Notes: generated by a model from the sequence alone, not told the origin. Counted from the first letter of the stretch, positions 42,957 to 54,964 are shown. The stretch: 64,000 nt of DNA from Pseudomonadota bacterium (GCA_043821645.1 JBDRCO010000001.1:27290-91289), one strand, 5' to 3'. Program-made: numbers and translations.

Positions 42957-44030
42957 TCAGTCCCACGGCCGCCTCGCCATGCCCAGCCGCAGCAGCCGCT
43001 CGAGGAGCTCAGGATACTCGATGCCGGCGGTCAGTGCAGCCTGTGCAAAGTCCTCGTCGCGGGCGATCTGCGGGTTGGCATTGGCCTCGAGAAAGAACAG
43101 GGTGCCGTCCTCGCGCAGACGAAAATCCAGACGCGCGTATCCCGACATGCCCAGGATGCGGTAGATGCGCTTGCACTGGCGGCCAAGCACGCGCTCGACG
43201 TCTTCGGGCAAGTCCTGCGCCGCCTCGCTGATCACTCCCCACTTCTTCTGATAACTGGCACTCCACTTGGCACGCGCGGTGGCGATGAGGGGGACGCCCT
43301 CGGGCTTGTTGGTGAACAGCAACTCCCACACCGGCAGCAGCTGCAGCCGCTGGTTCCCGAGCGCTCCGACGTACAGCTCACGCCCGTCGACAAATTCTTC
43401 CGCCATGGCCGCGGTCTGGGCGTGCTCGTGCACGAAGGCCACGCGAGCGGCCAGGGCCTCGTCGTCCTTGACCAGCGAGGCCTGGGCGATGGCCAGGCTG
43501 GCGTCCTCGGTGACGGACTTGACGAAGAGTGGGAACTCGAGCCCACGCGGACGCTTGACCCGGCGGCCGCGCTCGAACACGGTGAACGCGGGTACGCGGA
43601 TGCGGTGATAGCTGAGCAGCTTCTTGGTGACCGCCTTGTCCCGGGACAGCACGAGGCCGCGCGGGTTGCAGCCCGTGTACGGCACATTGAGCAGCTCGAG
43701 AAAGGTCACCACGTTCTGGTCAAACAGCACGTGCCCGGCGAATTCCTCGAGCAGGTTGAAGGCCACGTGAGGCTTGAAGACGTCAATAACGTCGCGGATG
43801 ACGCGCAGGTCATCGTGCACGCTCACCGACTGCACGATGTGACCGAGCTGTTTCAGGGTCTCGATGACATCCCGCTCGGTCTTCCAGGGCGCGACCTTGA
43901 GGCCATCCTCGTCCAGACCCGAGACGTCGTCCGGGGGCTCCAGGCCCTCGCGAATCAACACCAGCACCCGGCGCGGCTTCACGGCCTTGCGGCGCCGTGC
44001 TTTCCCGTTCTGCTGCACCTTGTTGGTCAC
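42957..44030 (-). CDS. ATP-grasp ligase, D-Ala-D-Ala ligase-like (not canonical Ddl)
   Basis: FNLLE, PYTG, DKA..K, FPLFVKS..EDAS, EEFVDGRE, YARLDFR and LEANANP. Confidence 0.85.
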   Translation of the reverse strand: MTNKVQQNGKARRRKAVKPRRVLVLIREGLEPPDDVSGLDEDGLKVAPWKTERDVIETLKQLGHIVQSVSVHDDLRVIRDVIDVFKPHVAFNLLEEFAGHVLFDQNVVTFLELLNVPYTGCNPRGLVLSRDKAVTKKLLSYHRIRVPAFTVFERGRRVKRPRGLEFPLFVKSVTEDASLAIAQASLVKDDEALAARVAFVHEHAQTAAMAEEFVDGRELYVGALGNQRLQLLPVWELLFTNKPEGVPLIATARAKWSASYQKKWGVISEAAQDLPEDVERVLGRQCKRIYRILGMSGYARLDFRLREDGTLFFLEANANPQIARDEDFAQAALTAGIEYPELLERLLRLGMARRPWD

Positions 44031-45082
44031 ATCTGCACCCAGCGACGCTGGCGGTACAGCGAGGTCATGGTGTGCTTGGTCAGCATCACCACGAGGTCGC
44101 TGCGTGCCTGACGCGGCGACGACTTCACGTACAGCCCCAGCTCGCGACAGCGCACGATCACATCCTGCAGCACATGCTCCAGCTGGTAGCGGTGCTCGCC
44201 CAGCCAGCGGTCGAGCTCCTGGATCACCTCACCTCGAACCCGGCGCACGAACACGGTGGCCCGCTCGCGATCGCGGCCCCGCTGAGGTGTGAACACCTCG
44301 TAGAGATCGCGGTCGTACAGGCCGGGATACAGGCTGGTAGGACCTCCGCGCTGATGCTCGAAATACTCGCGCAAGGTCAGCTCCAGGCTTTCCACAGGTT
44401 CGTAACGCGCCCGCGAGCGCACCAGCGGGGTGCGTCCCGCAAGTTCGTCCATGAGCGCGTCGACGTACTCGAGCTTCTTGAGCGCGGGCCAGCCCTGGTA
44501 GCGCTGCCGCCAGTTCGAGCGCGGCGCCAGCCACACCGCAAAGGTCTCGGCAAAGTCCTCGTCGGGGTGGGCCTGGGCGTACCAGTAATACAGGTGCTGC
44601 ACGTGGCGCTTGCTGTAGGGGTTGGGACGGTAGCTCAGGGGGTAGTTCTTGCTCGACAGGCCGAACAATTGCTGCTTGCCGCGCTTCAGGTGCAGGCGGA
44701 AGGCGTGATCGACCACGTGGCCGGCCTCGTGGCGCAGAATCTTCATGCACCAGTCGTGCGCCGCTCCCTCGACCTCGCCGCCCATGCTGCGCTGCAGACG
44801 AATCAGGCGCGGGTGCGCCAGGTAAAACGGGATCGCCGTGCCTATCATGCGTGCGGGTGTGAACCACTCGTCGCTGAGCCAGAAGTACACGGGGAGCTGA
44901 AGATCACGTGCAGCCAGCTCCTCGCGCAGCTGGGCGATTCGCGCCTCGAGCGGCGTGCCCTCGATGCGCAGGTCCAGGTCGCAGACCCGCGTATCGAGCA
45001 GACGCTCGACGGGCCAGCGGATCCAGGCGCGGCGCGCGCGCTTCGAGCTTCGGGTCTTCGGTGCCATGTCACCAGGTCGCAT
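44027..45082 (-). CDS. Putative zinc-binding metallopeptidase
   Basis: LRHEAGH (HExxH) and YAQAHPDEDFAETFAVWL; GTGA overlap with the ATP-grasp gene. Confidence 0.85.
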   Translation of the reverse strand: MRPGDMAPKTRSSKRARRAWIRWPVERLLDTRVCDLDLRIEGTPLEARIAQLREELAARDLQLPVYFWLSDEWFTPARMIGTAIPFYLAHPRLIRLQRSMGGEVEGAAHDWCMKILRHEAGHVVDHAFRLHLKRGKQQLFGLSSKNYPLSYRPNPYSKRHVQHLYYWYAQAHPDEDFAETFAVWLAPRSNWRQRYQGWPALKKLEYVDALMDELAGRTPLVRSRARYEPVESLELTLREYFEHQRGGPTSLYPGLYDRDLYEVFTPQRGRDRERATVFVRRVRGEVIQELDRWLGEHRYQLEHVLQDVIVRCRELGLYVKSSPRQARSDLVVMLTKHTMTSLYRQRRWVQM

Positions 45083-45169
45083 AAGCTGCGTGACGACGAG
45101 TATGTCACGCGCCCCCGGGTCCTGCGAAGGTCGATGTTCGCCGCAGGGGCACGGCTCGGCGGGTGCCGC

Positions 45170-46915
45170 TCAGCGCACCTCGCACAGGGCCATGTTGTCG
45201 GGATTGAGGGTGTAACCCGTGATCGCAAAACCAGCGTCCACGGGCTCGGGATGATTGGGATCGACCCACACGAGCTTCTTCTCGCCGTCGCGACCGCGCA
45301 GCTCGACCGGGATCTCCAGACCGTCGGGCACAGGCTTGTCGACATCGAGGCGCAGCAGCAGGCGCTGGCCCTCGACGCGGCTGCGATCACCCAGGCGCGG
45401 GATGTCCCCGAGGCCGTTGAAGGCCTTCAGCAGGGGTGCAAAGTCGTGGCCGGTTCTGCCCTCGACGAACTTCATGAGATCGTCGCTGGATGCGGCCTTG
45501 CCCTTGTGCGTCGCGTACCACTCGCGCAGCACCGGGTCGAAGACGTCACGCCCGAGCCTGGATTCCATGCTGCGCAGCATCCAGCAGCCCAGGCTGTAGG
45601 GCAGCGAGGTCCACACCTCCAGCGGGTCGCTGGTCGGGGGCAGGGCCAGTCCCCGCGCGCCCTCGCGAAAGGCCGAGCGGATCTTGCGCGTGGCCTCGTC
45701 CATCACGGTTTGAAAGCGCCCCTCGCCCTGCAGGTGGCCCACGCAGCGCGCCTCGATGTAGTCGGCAAAGCCCTCGCTGATCCACAGATCGCCGTAGCTG
45801 GCGACGCGCACGTTGTCGCCGAACCAGTGGTGCGCGGTCTCGTGGATGGCGCAGCGCTTGGCAAAGGCCAGGTTGCTGTTGGAGCCCACCATCATCGAGA
45901 TGGCGCCGGCGTTCTCCATGCCCCCGAAGTCGCCCTTGACCTCGATCAGGTTGAGGGTGTCGCCGAAGGCGTAGGGGCCAAGCCACGACGAGAAGTAGTC
46001 CACGGCCTCGGCCGCGCTCTTGACGTAGGCCTCGCGTACGTGATCCGGGATGCCGCTGGACAGCTCGGCGCCGGTGACGGTGACGCCGCTTTCACTGGTG
46101 GCAGTGGCGCGTCCACCCTTCTTGCCCGTGTAGAGCGCAACGGCGTAAGCCGGCACCTCGCGGTCGAGGTGAAAGCGCTCGCTGTCGACCGCGCCCGGCC
46201 CGATGGCGGTGCGATCGGGGCCGACGCGTACGGTCACGGTGGCGGTGGCGCCGTCCGCGGGCGAGGCGTTGCTCGGGAACAGGGCGCCCGTGTGGTCGGG
46301 CCACAGCAGGGTCCAGCAGGCGCCGGTGTAGCGATCGCGGATCAGGCCGTAGCCGTTGGTGTCGGTGGTCGGGGTGACGGCGTAGCGCACCTCGATGCTG
46401 CTGGCGCCCGGTGCCTCGACGTGCAGTCTGTTGTCGGCGACGCTGTAGGGCACACCCTTGCCGTCGACGAGCACCGAGGCTATGGCCAGGCGTTCGCTGT
46501 CAACCTCCAGGATGGCGGTACCGTCGACGGGTTTGTCGAGGTCGATGCGCGCCCGCGCCGGAAAGCTGTCGCCGTCAGCCGAGAAGTCGAAGTTCAGCTC
46601 GTAGTGGCGCGCGGTCACGTTGGCCGATGGCACTGCGTGCGCCAGCACCTGCTCCAGCTCGGCGGGAAGGAGTTGGGCTGTCACCCCGAGCAGCGAGGCC
46701 ATGGCCTTGCGCGCGGGCGCCGTCTCGTAGTCGTCGAGCTCGCGGTCATACTGGACCAGCTTGAGCAGGGACTCGGCCTGGGCGCGATCCCCGGGATCAT
46801 CGATGCTGCGCGCCGACTGCTGCAGGCGCGAGATGGCTGCGCCGTCCACACGCCCGCCCTCAGCAAAAGTCTTGCGGAAGAGCGCTGTGAAGCGATGGGC
46901 TTCGACGCTGGGCAT
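45170..46915 (-). CDS. M1-family aminopeptidase with an extra N-terminal helical domain
   Basis: GGMEN exopeptidase motif and HETAHHWFG followed by WISEGFA. Probable start MPSVEAH at 46915 with a GGAG RBS. Confidence 0.85.
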   Translation of the reverse strand: MPSVEAHRFTALFRKTFAEGGRVDGAAISRLQQSARSIDDPGDRAQAESLLKLVQYDRELDDYETAPARKAMASLLGVTAQLLPAELEQVLAHAVPSANVTARHYELNFDFSADGDSFPARARIDLDKPVDGTAILEVDSERLAIASVLVDGKGVPYSVADNRLHVEAPGASSIEVRYAVTPTTDTNGYGLIRDRYTGACWTLLWPDHTGALFPSNASPADGATATVTVRVGPDRTAIGPGAVDSERFHLDREVPAYAVALYTGKKGGRATATSESGVTVTGAELSSGIPDHVREAYVKSAAEAVDYFSSWLGPYAFGDTLNLIEVKGDFGGMENAGAISMMVGSNSNLAFAKRCAIHETAHHWFGDNVRVASYGDLWISEGFADYIEARCVGHLQGEGRFQTVMDEATRKIRSAFREGARGLALPPTSDPLEVWTSLPYSLGCWMLRSMESRLGRDVFDPVLREWYATHKGKAASSDDLMKFVEGRTGHDFAPLLKAFNGLGDIPRLGDRSRVEGQRLLLRLDVDKPVPDGLEIPVELRGRDGEKKLVWVDPNHPEPVDAGFAITGYTLNPDNMALCEVR

Positions 46916-47087
46916 GCTGATCTCCGGGTCCTCGGGGGAACCGCGATTCGCGCGCTCCCCAACCCCACGCACACTATATTCCATGCCCGGTCGTTTCGGC
47001 GTCCGGCCTCCCCGCCCCGCGCGAGCGCCAGATCGCGTGCCGTCATGCTAGGATATCTCAGCGCCACTGCTCGAGGATGACCCCGTC

Positions 47088-48179
47088 GTGACCACCATCG
47101 ATCGCCGCCACCCCTCGACCCACCGCGCCGCGGTGAATGCCCATGGCGCGGCGAGCTCGCCGACCCCCACGACCGGGACCCCGGTGACCACGGCCCTGGG
47201 CCCACCTGGAGATGGCCTCGACGCGGGCCATCGCGCCAGCGACGGGCTGCTCGGTCATGACAACCCCCTGCCCTCGCCCCCACAGCCAGGCGTGGGCCCC
47301 GGCCTGCTGGGATTTCTCGCCACAGGTCACCTGGCCGCGACGACGACCGGGGGTCGGGCCGCGTTGCCCGTCACCGGTCACGACGTGGCCAGTACCAGCG
47401 AGGCCGAGCTGGGCAGGCTGCGCGCCAGCCGCGATCCCCGGGATCAGCGCCTGGCCAACACCATCGTCAATGCGCGCCGCGCCTACGCCGACACCCTGGC
47501 CCAGGGTGGCCGCGTGGTGGTGAGCCAGAGCCCGGCCAACGGCGGCCAGCCCGTGCTCACCCTGGTGCCGCCGGGCTTCGACCCCAGCAAGCCAGCGCGC
47601 GTGCACACCCACTACCACGGCTGGAACAGCACGGTGGCGGACGCGCCGGGCCACGGCACGCGCCGCACCGAGAACATGCAGGACATCCAGCGCCGCGATC
47701 CGCAGACCCTGTTTGTGTTGCCGGAGTGCAGCAACGCACCCACCCGGGGCGCGGGCCAGAGCTACAAGGCGGCCTGGAGCAACGTCTCCGACCAGGCGCG
47801 GACCACGGACGATGCCCTGCGTGCCGCGGGCGTACGCCCCGAGCAGGCGCGCGAGCATGTGGTCAGCGCCCATTCGGCCGGCGGCAAGGCCCTGCACTTT
47901 GCCATGGCTGCACACCCCGATGGCTCGGGCCTTCGCGCCGACAGGCTGCAACTCTTTGACTGCTTCTATGGCGACTGGGACCAGGCCGTGCGCAGCTGGG
48001 CCGGTACCGCCAACGGCCGCCAGGCGTCTCGCGTCGAGTACTTTCACGGCACCAACGACAACCCTCGCGGCCTGAGCCAGGGCCTGCAGCGCGCCTTCGG
48101 CGATCGCTTCCGCACCACCAGCGACGGCAACCACGATCGCACCGTGGCGCGGCACCTGGACCAGGCACTGCCAGATTGA
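47088..48179 (+). CDS. Alpha/beta-hydrolase-like protein with a low-complexity N-terminus
   Basis: HYHGW, nucleophile elbow SAHSAGG, LFDCFY and C-terminal GNH; no signal peptide. Confidence 0.6.
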   Translation: MTTIDRRHPSTHRAAVNAHGAASSPTPTTGTPVTTALGPPGDGLDAGHRASDGLLGHDNPLPSPPQPGVGPGLLGFLATGHLAATTTGGRAALPVTGHDVASTSEAELGRLRASRDPRDQRLANTIVNARRAYADTLAQGGRVVVSQSPANGGQPVLTLVPPGFDPSKPARVHTHYHGWNSTVADAPGHGTRRTENMQDIQRRDPQTLFVLPECSNAPTRGAGQSYKAAWSNVSDQARTTDDALRAAGVRPEQAREHVVSAHSAGGKALHFAMAAHPDGSGLRADRLQLFDCFYGDWDQAVRSWAGTANGRQASRVEYFHGTNDNPRGLSQGLQRAFGDRFRTTSDGNHDRTVARHLDQALPD

Positions 48180-48293
48180 ACGGGCGCTTTTACCGCCAGT
48201 CACAGCCCCCCTCTGACTGACGCCCCGCCTGCAGCGGGCCCGCCACAGTCAGAAAGATCGCCCTCGAGCTGCTATGCTTTATAATCACGCATT

Positions 48294-50024
48294 GTGATCA
48301 GCGTTTCGGGGGGTGTGAGGTCCGGTGGTTTGAGCCGCGCAGCCACAGCGAAGGGGATCCCCACCTTGTTACAGGCCCGCCTGACCGGGCATGCTTTTTT
48401 CGCACTCTGGTTTGTCCTCGTCGGCTGCGCGCGCACGGGCTTCCAGCAGCCACCGCGGGACAGCGGTTCCCTCGTCGTCGATGCGGGGCGAACCGATGCC
48501 CCGGCGCTGGACGTCCCACCGCAGGATTCTTGCGTCGACGCCACGGCCAGCGATGGGTGGAGACCGGATGTTCCTGCCTCGGACACTCGCTCCCTCGACG
48601 CTGCCACGGCTGACCGGGACGTGGACGCATCCCTCGCTCTGGACGCGACCACCCGCGACAGTCAGGGCCTGGATGGATCCAGCGATGCTGCCCGGGCCGA
48701 TAGCAACGGCGTCGACGCCGCTGTTGCAGATGTGACCACCCTGGACCAGACCAGCGCTGACAGCACCGCCCCGGATTCGGCGATCGCAGACAGCGCGTTG
48801 CCAGACACCAACGCCATGGACAGTACCCAGCCGGACGCGGCGATCGCGGACAGCGCGTTACCAGACAGCAGCGTCGCGGACAGCATCCAGCCTGACACGG
48901 CGGTCGCGGACAGCAGCCTTCCCGATGCGACCATTGCGGACAGTGCGGCAGCCGGTGATGCCAGTCTCGACGCGGCCAGCGCCCAGGACGCGGGAGGATG
49001 CGCGCGCACGCCGCCGTGGTGGAACCCGGACTACTCCCTTCGTCGCCCCCTGCGCATCACCGAGAACATCGCGGGCTCCCTGGCCACGGGCTACTCGGTG
49101 GTGCTGCGCTACGACTCCAGCCTCGACGTCAACGCCGCCCGCTGCCTGCCCACTGGCGACGATGTGCGGGTGGTGCGTTGGGACGGCGCGACCTGGACCG
49201 AGCTGGACCGCCACCTGCGGCAGATGGACAGCACGACGACAGAGATCTGGTTCAAGACCCCTGCGTCCATCACCGGCAGCGACGTCAGCACCTGGCTGTA
49301 CCTGGACAACCCGGGCGCTGGTCTGCCCCCGGCGTCCTGGGTCGACGGCATGGCGGGGACTTCGGCTGTGTACCTGGCCGCCGACGACTTCGAGTCCTAT
49401 TCCCTGGGCGGCCTCGCCGCGCAGAGCGCCTGGGAGGGCTCGACCGCCTATCGCGTGGTGGTGGATCCCGACGACGCCAGCAACCAGATCCTCGAGCTCG
49501 CCAGCAACCCGCCCAGCGTCGCGGGCTATCTCTTCGCGGGCAGCTACAGCTGGACCGACATCGCCATCCGCGGCCGGCTGAACATGGTGAAGGCGCAGGG
49601 CAAGGACGCCAGCTACGTCGGCTTCTGGCTGCGAGCGCCCACGGCCACCAACTTCTGGGCCGCGTACAGCGGCTACTTCGACCCGACCACCGTCGAGCAC
49701 TACCGCTGCCACCTGTCCTCGGCCACGGCCACCGGGCTCGACACCAGTCCGGCGTCGGTGCGCACGGGCACCACCTCGGTGACCCGCGCGAAAACCTGGC
49801 ACGAAGAGGAGGCGCACGTCCGCGGCGACCGCCTCGAGCACTTCCTCGACGGCAGCTCGGTGCTGAGCACGCCCAGCGCCGGAGTCCCGGCAAACGGCCG
49901 CGTGGGCCTGTGCTACGGCTACACCCAGGGCACGGTGCGCTGGGACGACATCGTGGTGCGCGCCCTGGTCAACCCCGAGCCCGTGGTCAGCGTGGATGGC
50001 CTGGACGAGGTCGGCTGCCCCTGA
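48294..50024 (+). CDS. Lipoprotein with an Asp/Ala-rich linker, a DUF2341-like domain and a C-terminal ConA/3-keto-disaccharide-hydrolase-like beta-sandwich
   Basis: Lipobox LVGC; WWNPDYSLRRPL, GDDVRVVRWDG and IWF motifs; C-terminal GRVGL...VRWDDIVV. Start uncertain. Confidence 0.7.
   Translation: MISVSGGVRSGGLSRAATAKGIPTLLQARLTGHAFFALWFVLVGCARTGFQQPPRDSGSLVVDAGRTDAPALDVPPQDSCVDATASDGWRPDVPASDTRSLDAATADRDVDASLALDATTRDSQGLDGSSDAARADSNGVDAAVADVTTLDQTSADSTAPDSAIADSALPDTNAMDSTQPDAAIADSALPDSSVADSIQPDTAVADSSLPDATIADSAAAGDASLDAASAQDAGGCARTPPWWNPDYSLRRPLRITENIAGSLATGYSVVLRYDSSLDVNAARCLPTGDDVRVVRWDGATWTELDRHLRQMDSTTTEIWFKTPASITGSDVSTWLYLDNPGAGLPPASWVDGMAGTSAVYLAADDFESYSLGGLAAQSAWEGSTAYRVVVDPDDASNQILELASNPPSVAGYLFAGSYSWTDIAIRGRLNMVKAQGKDASYVGFWLRAPTATNFWAAYSGYFDPTTVEHYRCHLSSATATGLDTSPASVRTGTTSVTRAKTWHEEEAHVRGDRLEHFLDGSSVLSTPSAGVPANGRVGLCYGYTQGTVRWDDIVVRALVNPEPVVSVDGLDEVGCP
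48771..48950 (+). repeat. Three copies of a 60-bp (20-aa) repeat built from pentapeptides
   Basis: PDSAIADSALPDTNAMDSTQ / PDAAIADSALPDSSVADSIQ / PDTAVADSSLPDATIADSAA. Confidence 0.75.
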
Positions 50025-50105
50025 GCGCGCAGCGCTCGAAGCGAAAAGCGCGCAGGGCTGGGTCGTCGAGGAGCGAGCAGGTGTGCCCGGGAATGCGGTT
50101 CGCGA

Positions 50106-50624
50106 TCAGGGACAGAGAATCGTACCCGCCATCGCGCCGTGCCCGTCGATGAGCACCTGGGCGCCGTGCTCGCCGTTGACCATGAACACGCCCTCGCCCA
50201 CCACGTACTGATCCGGCTGCACGACGTTGCGGAAGTCGAGGGTGCCGTCGGTGACCTTGAGCCACAGCTCGTAGCCACTGGCGTCGTGGAGGTTGGCCCA
50301 GCATCCCGCGCTCTGGCACACGGCGGTGACGAAGCCCTCGATCTGCACCAGCTGCCCGTCATGGCTCGTGGGATCCGCAGCGATGTCGCCGATGGAGACG
50401 CTGCTGGTCAGGGTGATGCCATTGAGGATCTGCGTACCGTTGTCGAGGGCATCCTGCCTCAGCTGCGCCGGGTCCTCGCAGGGCGGCAGGGTGAAGGTAT
50501 CCACCGAGCCCGCGTCGAGCTGCTCGCCGTCGTCGTCGTCGGACGCAGGTGCCATGCAGGGCATGCCGAGCAGGCAGGTGAGCGACAGGGCGGCGAACAA
50601 GGCCAGGGGAAGGCGGCGTGTCAT
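50106..50624 (-). CDS. DUF4920-like exported OB-fold protein
   Basis: G.LVQIEG.VTAVCQSAGCW motif; signal peptide; GGAG RBS before ATG 50624. Confidence 0.65.
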   Translation of the reverse strand: MTRRLPLALFAALSLTCLLGMPCMAPASDDDDGEQLDAGSVDTFTLPPCEDPAQLRQDALDNGTQILNGITLTSSVSIGDIAADPTSHDGQLVQIEGFVTAVCQSAGCWANLHDASGYELWLKVTDGTLDFRNVVQPDQYVVGEGVFMVNGEHGAQVLIDGHGAMAGTILCP

Positions 50625-50769
50625 GACAGGCTCCGGTGCTGAGGACGTGTTGGGAGACACCGATAGCGGAGCCAGGACCTCCTGGGAAGTTTAATCCTTA
50701 CAGTATAACTAAGTTATTACCCGGAGTGCCAGGACGCGTCGCCCCGGAACACAGCCCGAAAAGATCACC

Positions 50770-52083
50770 TCACTGTCGGCAGCACAGGGTACCGGCATAG
50801 GTGTTGCCGTCACAGCCCCCGAAGTACTCGTTGGGGACGTTGCTGCCCAGCCCGCAGTTGATCCAGTTGCACTCGTTGTTCTCGGAATCGCGACGCGCCC
50901 CGCAGACGCGCATGGGTGCGCTCGCCGGATAGCAGGTGTTGCCTCCGCTGAACAGGGCGCGGCAGGCGCCGCTGCCTGCGCCGTTCCAGTTCAGGGCGTC
51001 GGAGGTCCAGTAGTTGTGGCTCGGGGCAACGCCCGCCCTCTCGTCCACCCAGATCTGCGCCCCGCACGCGCTCCAGCCCGCTGCACACAGGGTGTCGCGG
51101 TTGGCATAGGTCACGCTGCCCGCACAGCCCGCCATGCGGCTGTCGAAGACCTGTTCGACGCTGCCATCGGCGCAGGCATCCACACACTGACCTCCCACAC
51201 AGGAAATGCCAGGGTGGCAGGACGTTGTGCAGTTCCCGCAGTGCGCGGGATCGCTGTCCGTGTCGACGCAGCCACGGCCACAGCAGGCAGGCGACACGCC
51301 CGAGCAGCTCAGCTCACAGGTCCCGCAGTGGGAAAGATCGGTGTCGAGATCGACACAAGTTCCCGCGCACTCGTCAGGCGTGGGCTCTGCACACAGCGCG
51401 GCATCGGCGACCGCGGTGTCGGCGACCGCCGCGTCAGCCTCAACCGCATCCGCGACGGAGGTATCTGCCAGCGCCACGTCGACCGCGCCGCTGTCCTGGT
51501 CCATGGTGCTCTGATCCTGCCCTGTCGCCGCATCCGACGACGCGGCATCCGCCCCGCTATCCGTCGCCTGAAGGGTGTCGCCGGGGGCCGAGTCCGTGGC
51601 CGGGGTCGTGTCCAGAGCCGCCGCGGCGTCCTGGGCCTGCGCCGCGTCCGCTGCGGCATCCAACTCGACAGCATCGAGTCCTGCGGCATCGCGGGACGCG
51701 CTGGCATCCGCGGGCAGCGTCAGATCCACCCCGGCCCCATCGAGATCAGCGGGGCGGTCCGCAGCGGCTGCGTCCCCGGCGGCGTCAGACCCACCATCGC
51801 AGTGCGCATCGGCCCCGTGCTCAAGTCCCGCCGCGTCCAGATGCACGAGCCCGCGGTCCACCGCTGCCGCGTCGCCAAGAACCGTGGCCGCATCGACGGA
51901 GGAGGTTTTTCCGGGGACGCACACCTGTCGCTGGAGATCACAGATGAAGTCGCGCAGACAATCGTTGTCTGTGCTGCACTCGAAGGCCAGGGCGGCGGGG
52001 CCGGCCAGGGGCACCGGGCACGCGCAGACCCAGGCACAGAGGCCCAGGATGCTCAGGCGGAGCTGTCGTCGCCCTGGGTTCAT
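50770..52083 (-). CDS. Cys-rich exported protein with an Asp/Ala-rich linker
   Basis: CVD..TD..HCG.C...C repeats, a C-terminal Cys-rich domain ending LCC, and a DAA-rich middle. Start ~52083. Confidence 0.7.
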   Translation of the reverse strand: MNPGRRQLRLSILGLCAWVCACPVPLAGPAALAFECSTDNDCLRDFICDLQRQVCVPGKTSSVDAATVLGDAAAVDRGLVHLDAAGLEHGADAHCDGGSDAAGDAAAADRPADLDGAGVDLTLPADASASRDAAGLDAVELDAAADAAQAQDAAAALDTTPATDSAPGDTLQATDSGADAASSDAATGQDQSTMDQDSGAVDVALADTSVADAVEADAAVADTAVADAALCAEPTPDECAGTCVDLDTDLSHCGTCELSCSGVSPACCGRGCVDTDSDPAHCGNCTTSCHPGISCVGGQCVDACADGSVEQVFDSRMAGCAGSVTYANRDTLCAAGWSACGAQIWVDERAGVAPSHNYWTSDALNWNGAGSGACRALFSGGNTCYPASAPMRVCGARRDSENNECNWINCGLGSNVPNEYFGGCDGNTYAGTLCCRQ

Positions 52084-52228
52084 GGCCGCAGAATAGCATA
52101 GACACTGGAGACAATGCGCAGGGGGCAGCCGGACCTCCGGCGCCCCACTCATGCAGGTGTCGTCGTGGCGAGGCGTGAATAAGAGTGGTCCGCGAGCGAG
52201 GAGAATCGGTTGGCGGAGCGGATCGAGC

Positions 52229-52975
52229 TCAGCGACCGAACCAGCTCGACGTGAGGTACTCGCGGTTCATGCGCGCGATGTTGGTGATGCTGATGCGCTT
52301 GGGGCAGGCCTTCTCGCACTCGGCCTCGTTGGAGCAGTTGCCAAAGCCCAGGGCGTCCATCTTCTTGACCATGGCGCGCACGCGCTCCTTGGCCTCGACC
52401 TGGCCCTGGGGCAACAGCGCGTACTGCGACACCTTGGCGCCGACGAAGAGCATGGCGCTGGCGTTGGGGCAGGCCGCCACGCAGGCGCCGCAGCCGATGC
52501 ACTGGGCCGCGTCCATGGCCAGCTCGGCGTTCTCGGGGCGGATCAGGATGGCGTTGGCCTCGCCGGCGCTGCCGGTGCGCACGGACACGAAGCCGCCGGC
52601 CTGCTGGATGGTGTCCAGGGCCGTGCGGTCGACGATGAGGTCCTTGAGCACCTTGAATGGCCTGGCGCGCCAGGGTTCGATGGTGATGGTGCTGCCATCG
52701 GCGAACAGGCGCATGTGCAGCTGGCACAATGTGGTGCCGTCCTGGCCACCGTGGGCCAGGCCATTGACCACGCAGCCGCAAGCGCCGCAGATGCCCTCGC
52801 GACAGTCGTGCTCGAAGGCGATGGGGTCCTTGCCGGCCAGGGTCAGGTCCTCGTTGACGAAGTCCAGCATCTCCAAGAAGGACATGTCCGGCGAGATGTC
52901 CTTGGCGGCGTAGGTCTCGAAGGCACCGGGAACGCTGCTGCTCGGCTGGCGCCAGACTCGCAAGGTCAACTTCAT
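52229..52975 (-). CDS. sdhB: Succinate dehydrogenase/fumarate reductase Fe-S subunit
   Basis: [22 protein letters not shown] and [15 protein letters not shown]. Confidence 0.95.
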   Translation of the reverse strand: MKLTLRVWRQPSSSVPGAFETYAAKDISPDMSFLEMLDFVNEDLTLAGKDPIAFEHDCREGICGACGCVVNGLAHGGQDGTTLCQLHMRLFADGSTITIEPWRARPFKVLKDLIVDRTALDTIQQAGGFVSVRTGSAGEANAILIRPENAELAMDAAQCIGCGACVAACPNASAMLFVGAKVSQYALLPQGQVEAKERVRAMVKKMDALGFGNCSNEAECEKACPKRISITNIARMNREYLTSSWFGR

Positions 52976-53047
52976 GGCTTCACCCTTTCGCGGTCACCCT
53001 GGACCTTGAGGTCTCGTGTCGTCGAGAAAACAGGTCCTGCGCGGCCC

Positions 53048-54964
<1,917 letters not shown>

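Noticed and set aside
42957-44030. Vancomycin-resistance ligase (vanA/vanB type)
   Set aside because: There is no vanH, vanX, vanR or vanS context, and canonical Ddl/Van N-terminal motifs are missing.
43997-47080. 1027-aa plus-strand ORF
   Set aside because: Antisense shadow of the peptidase genes.
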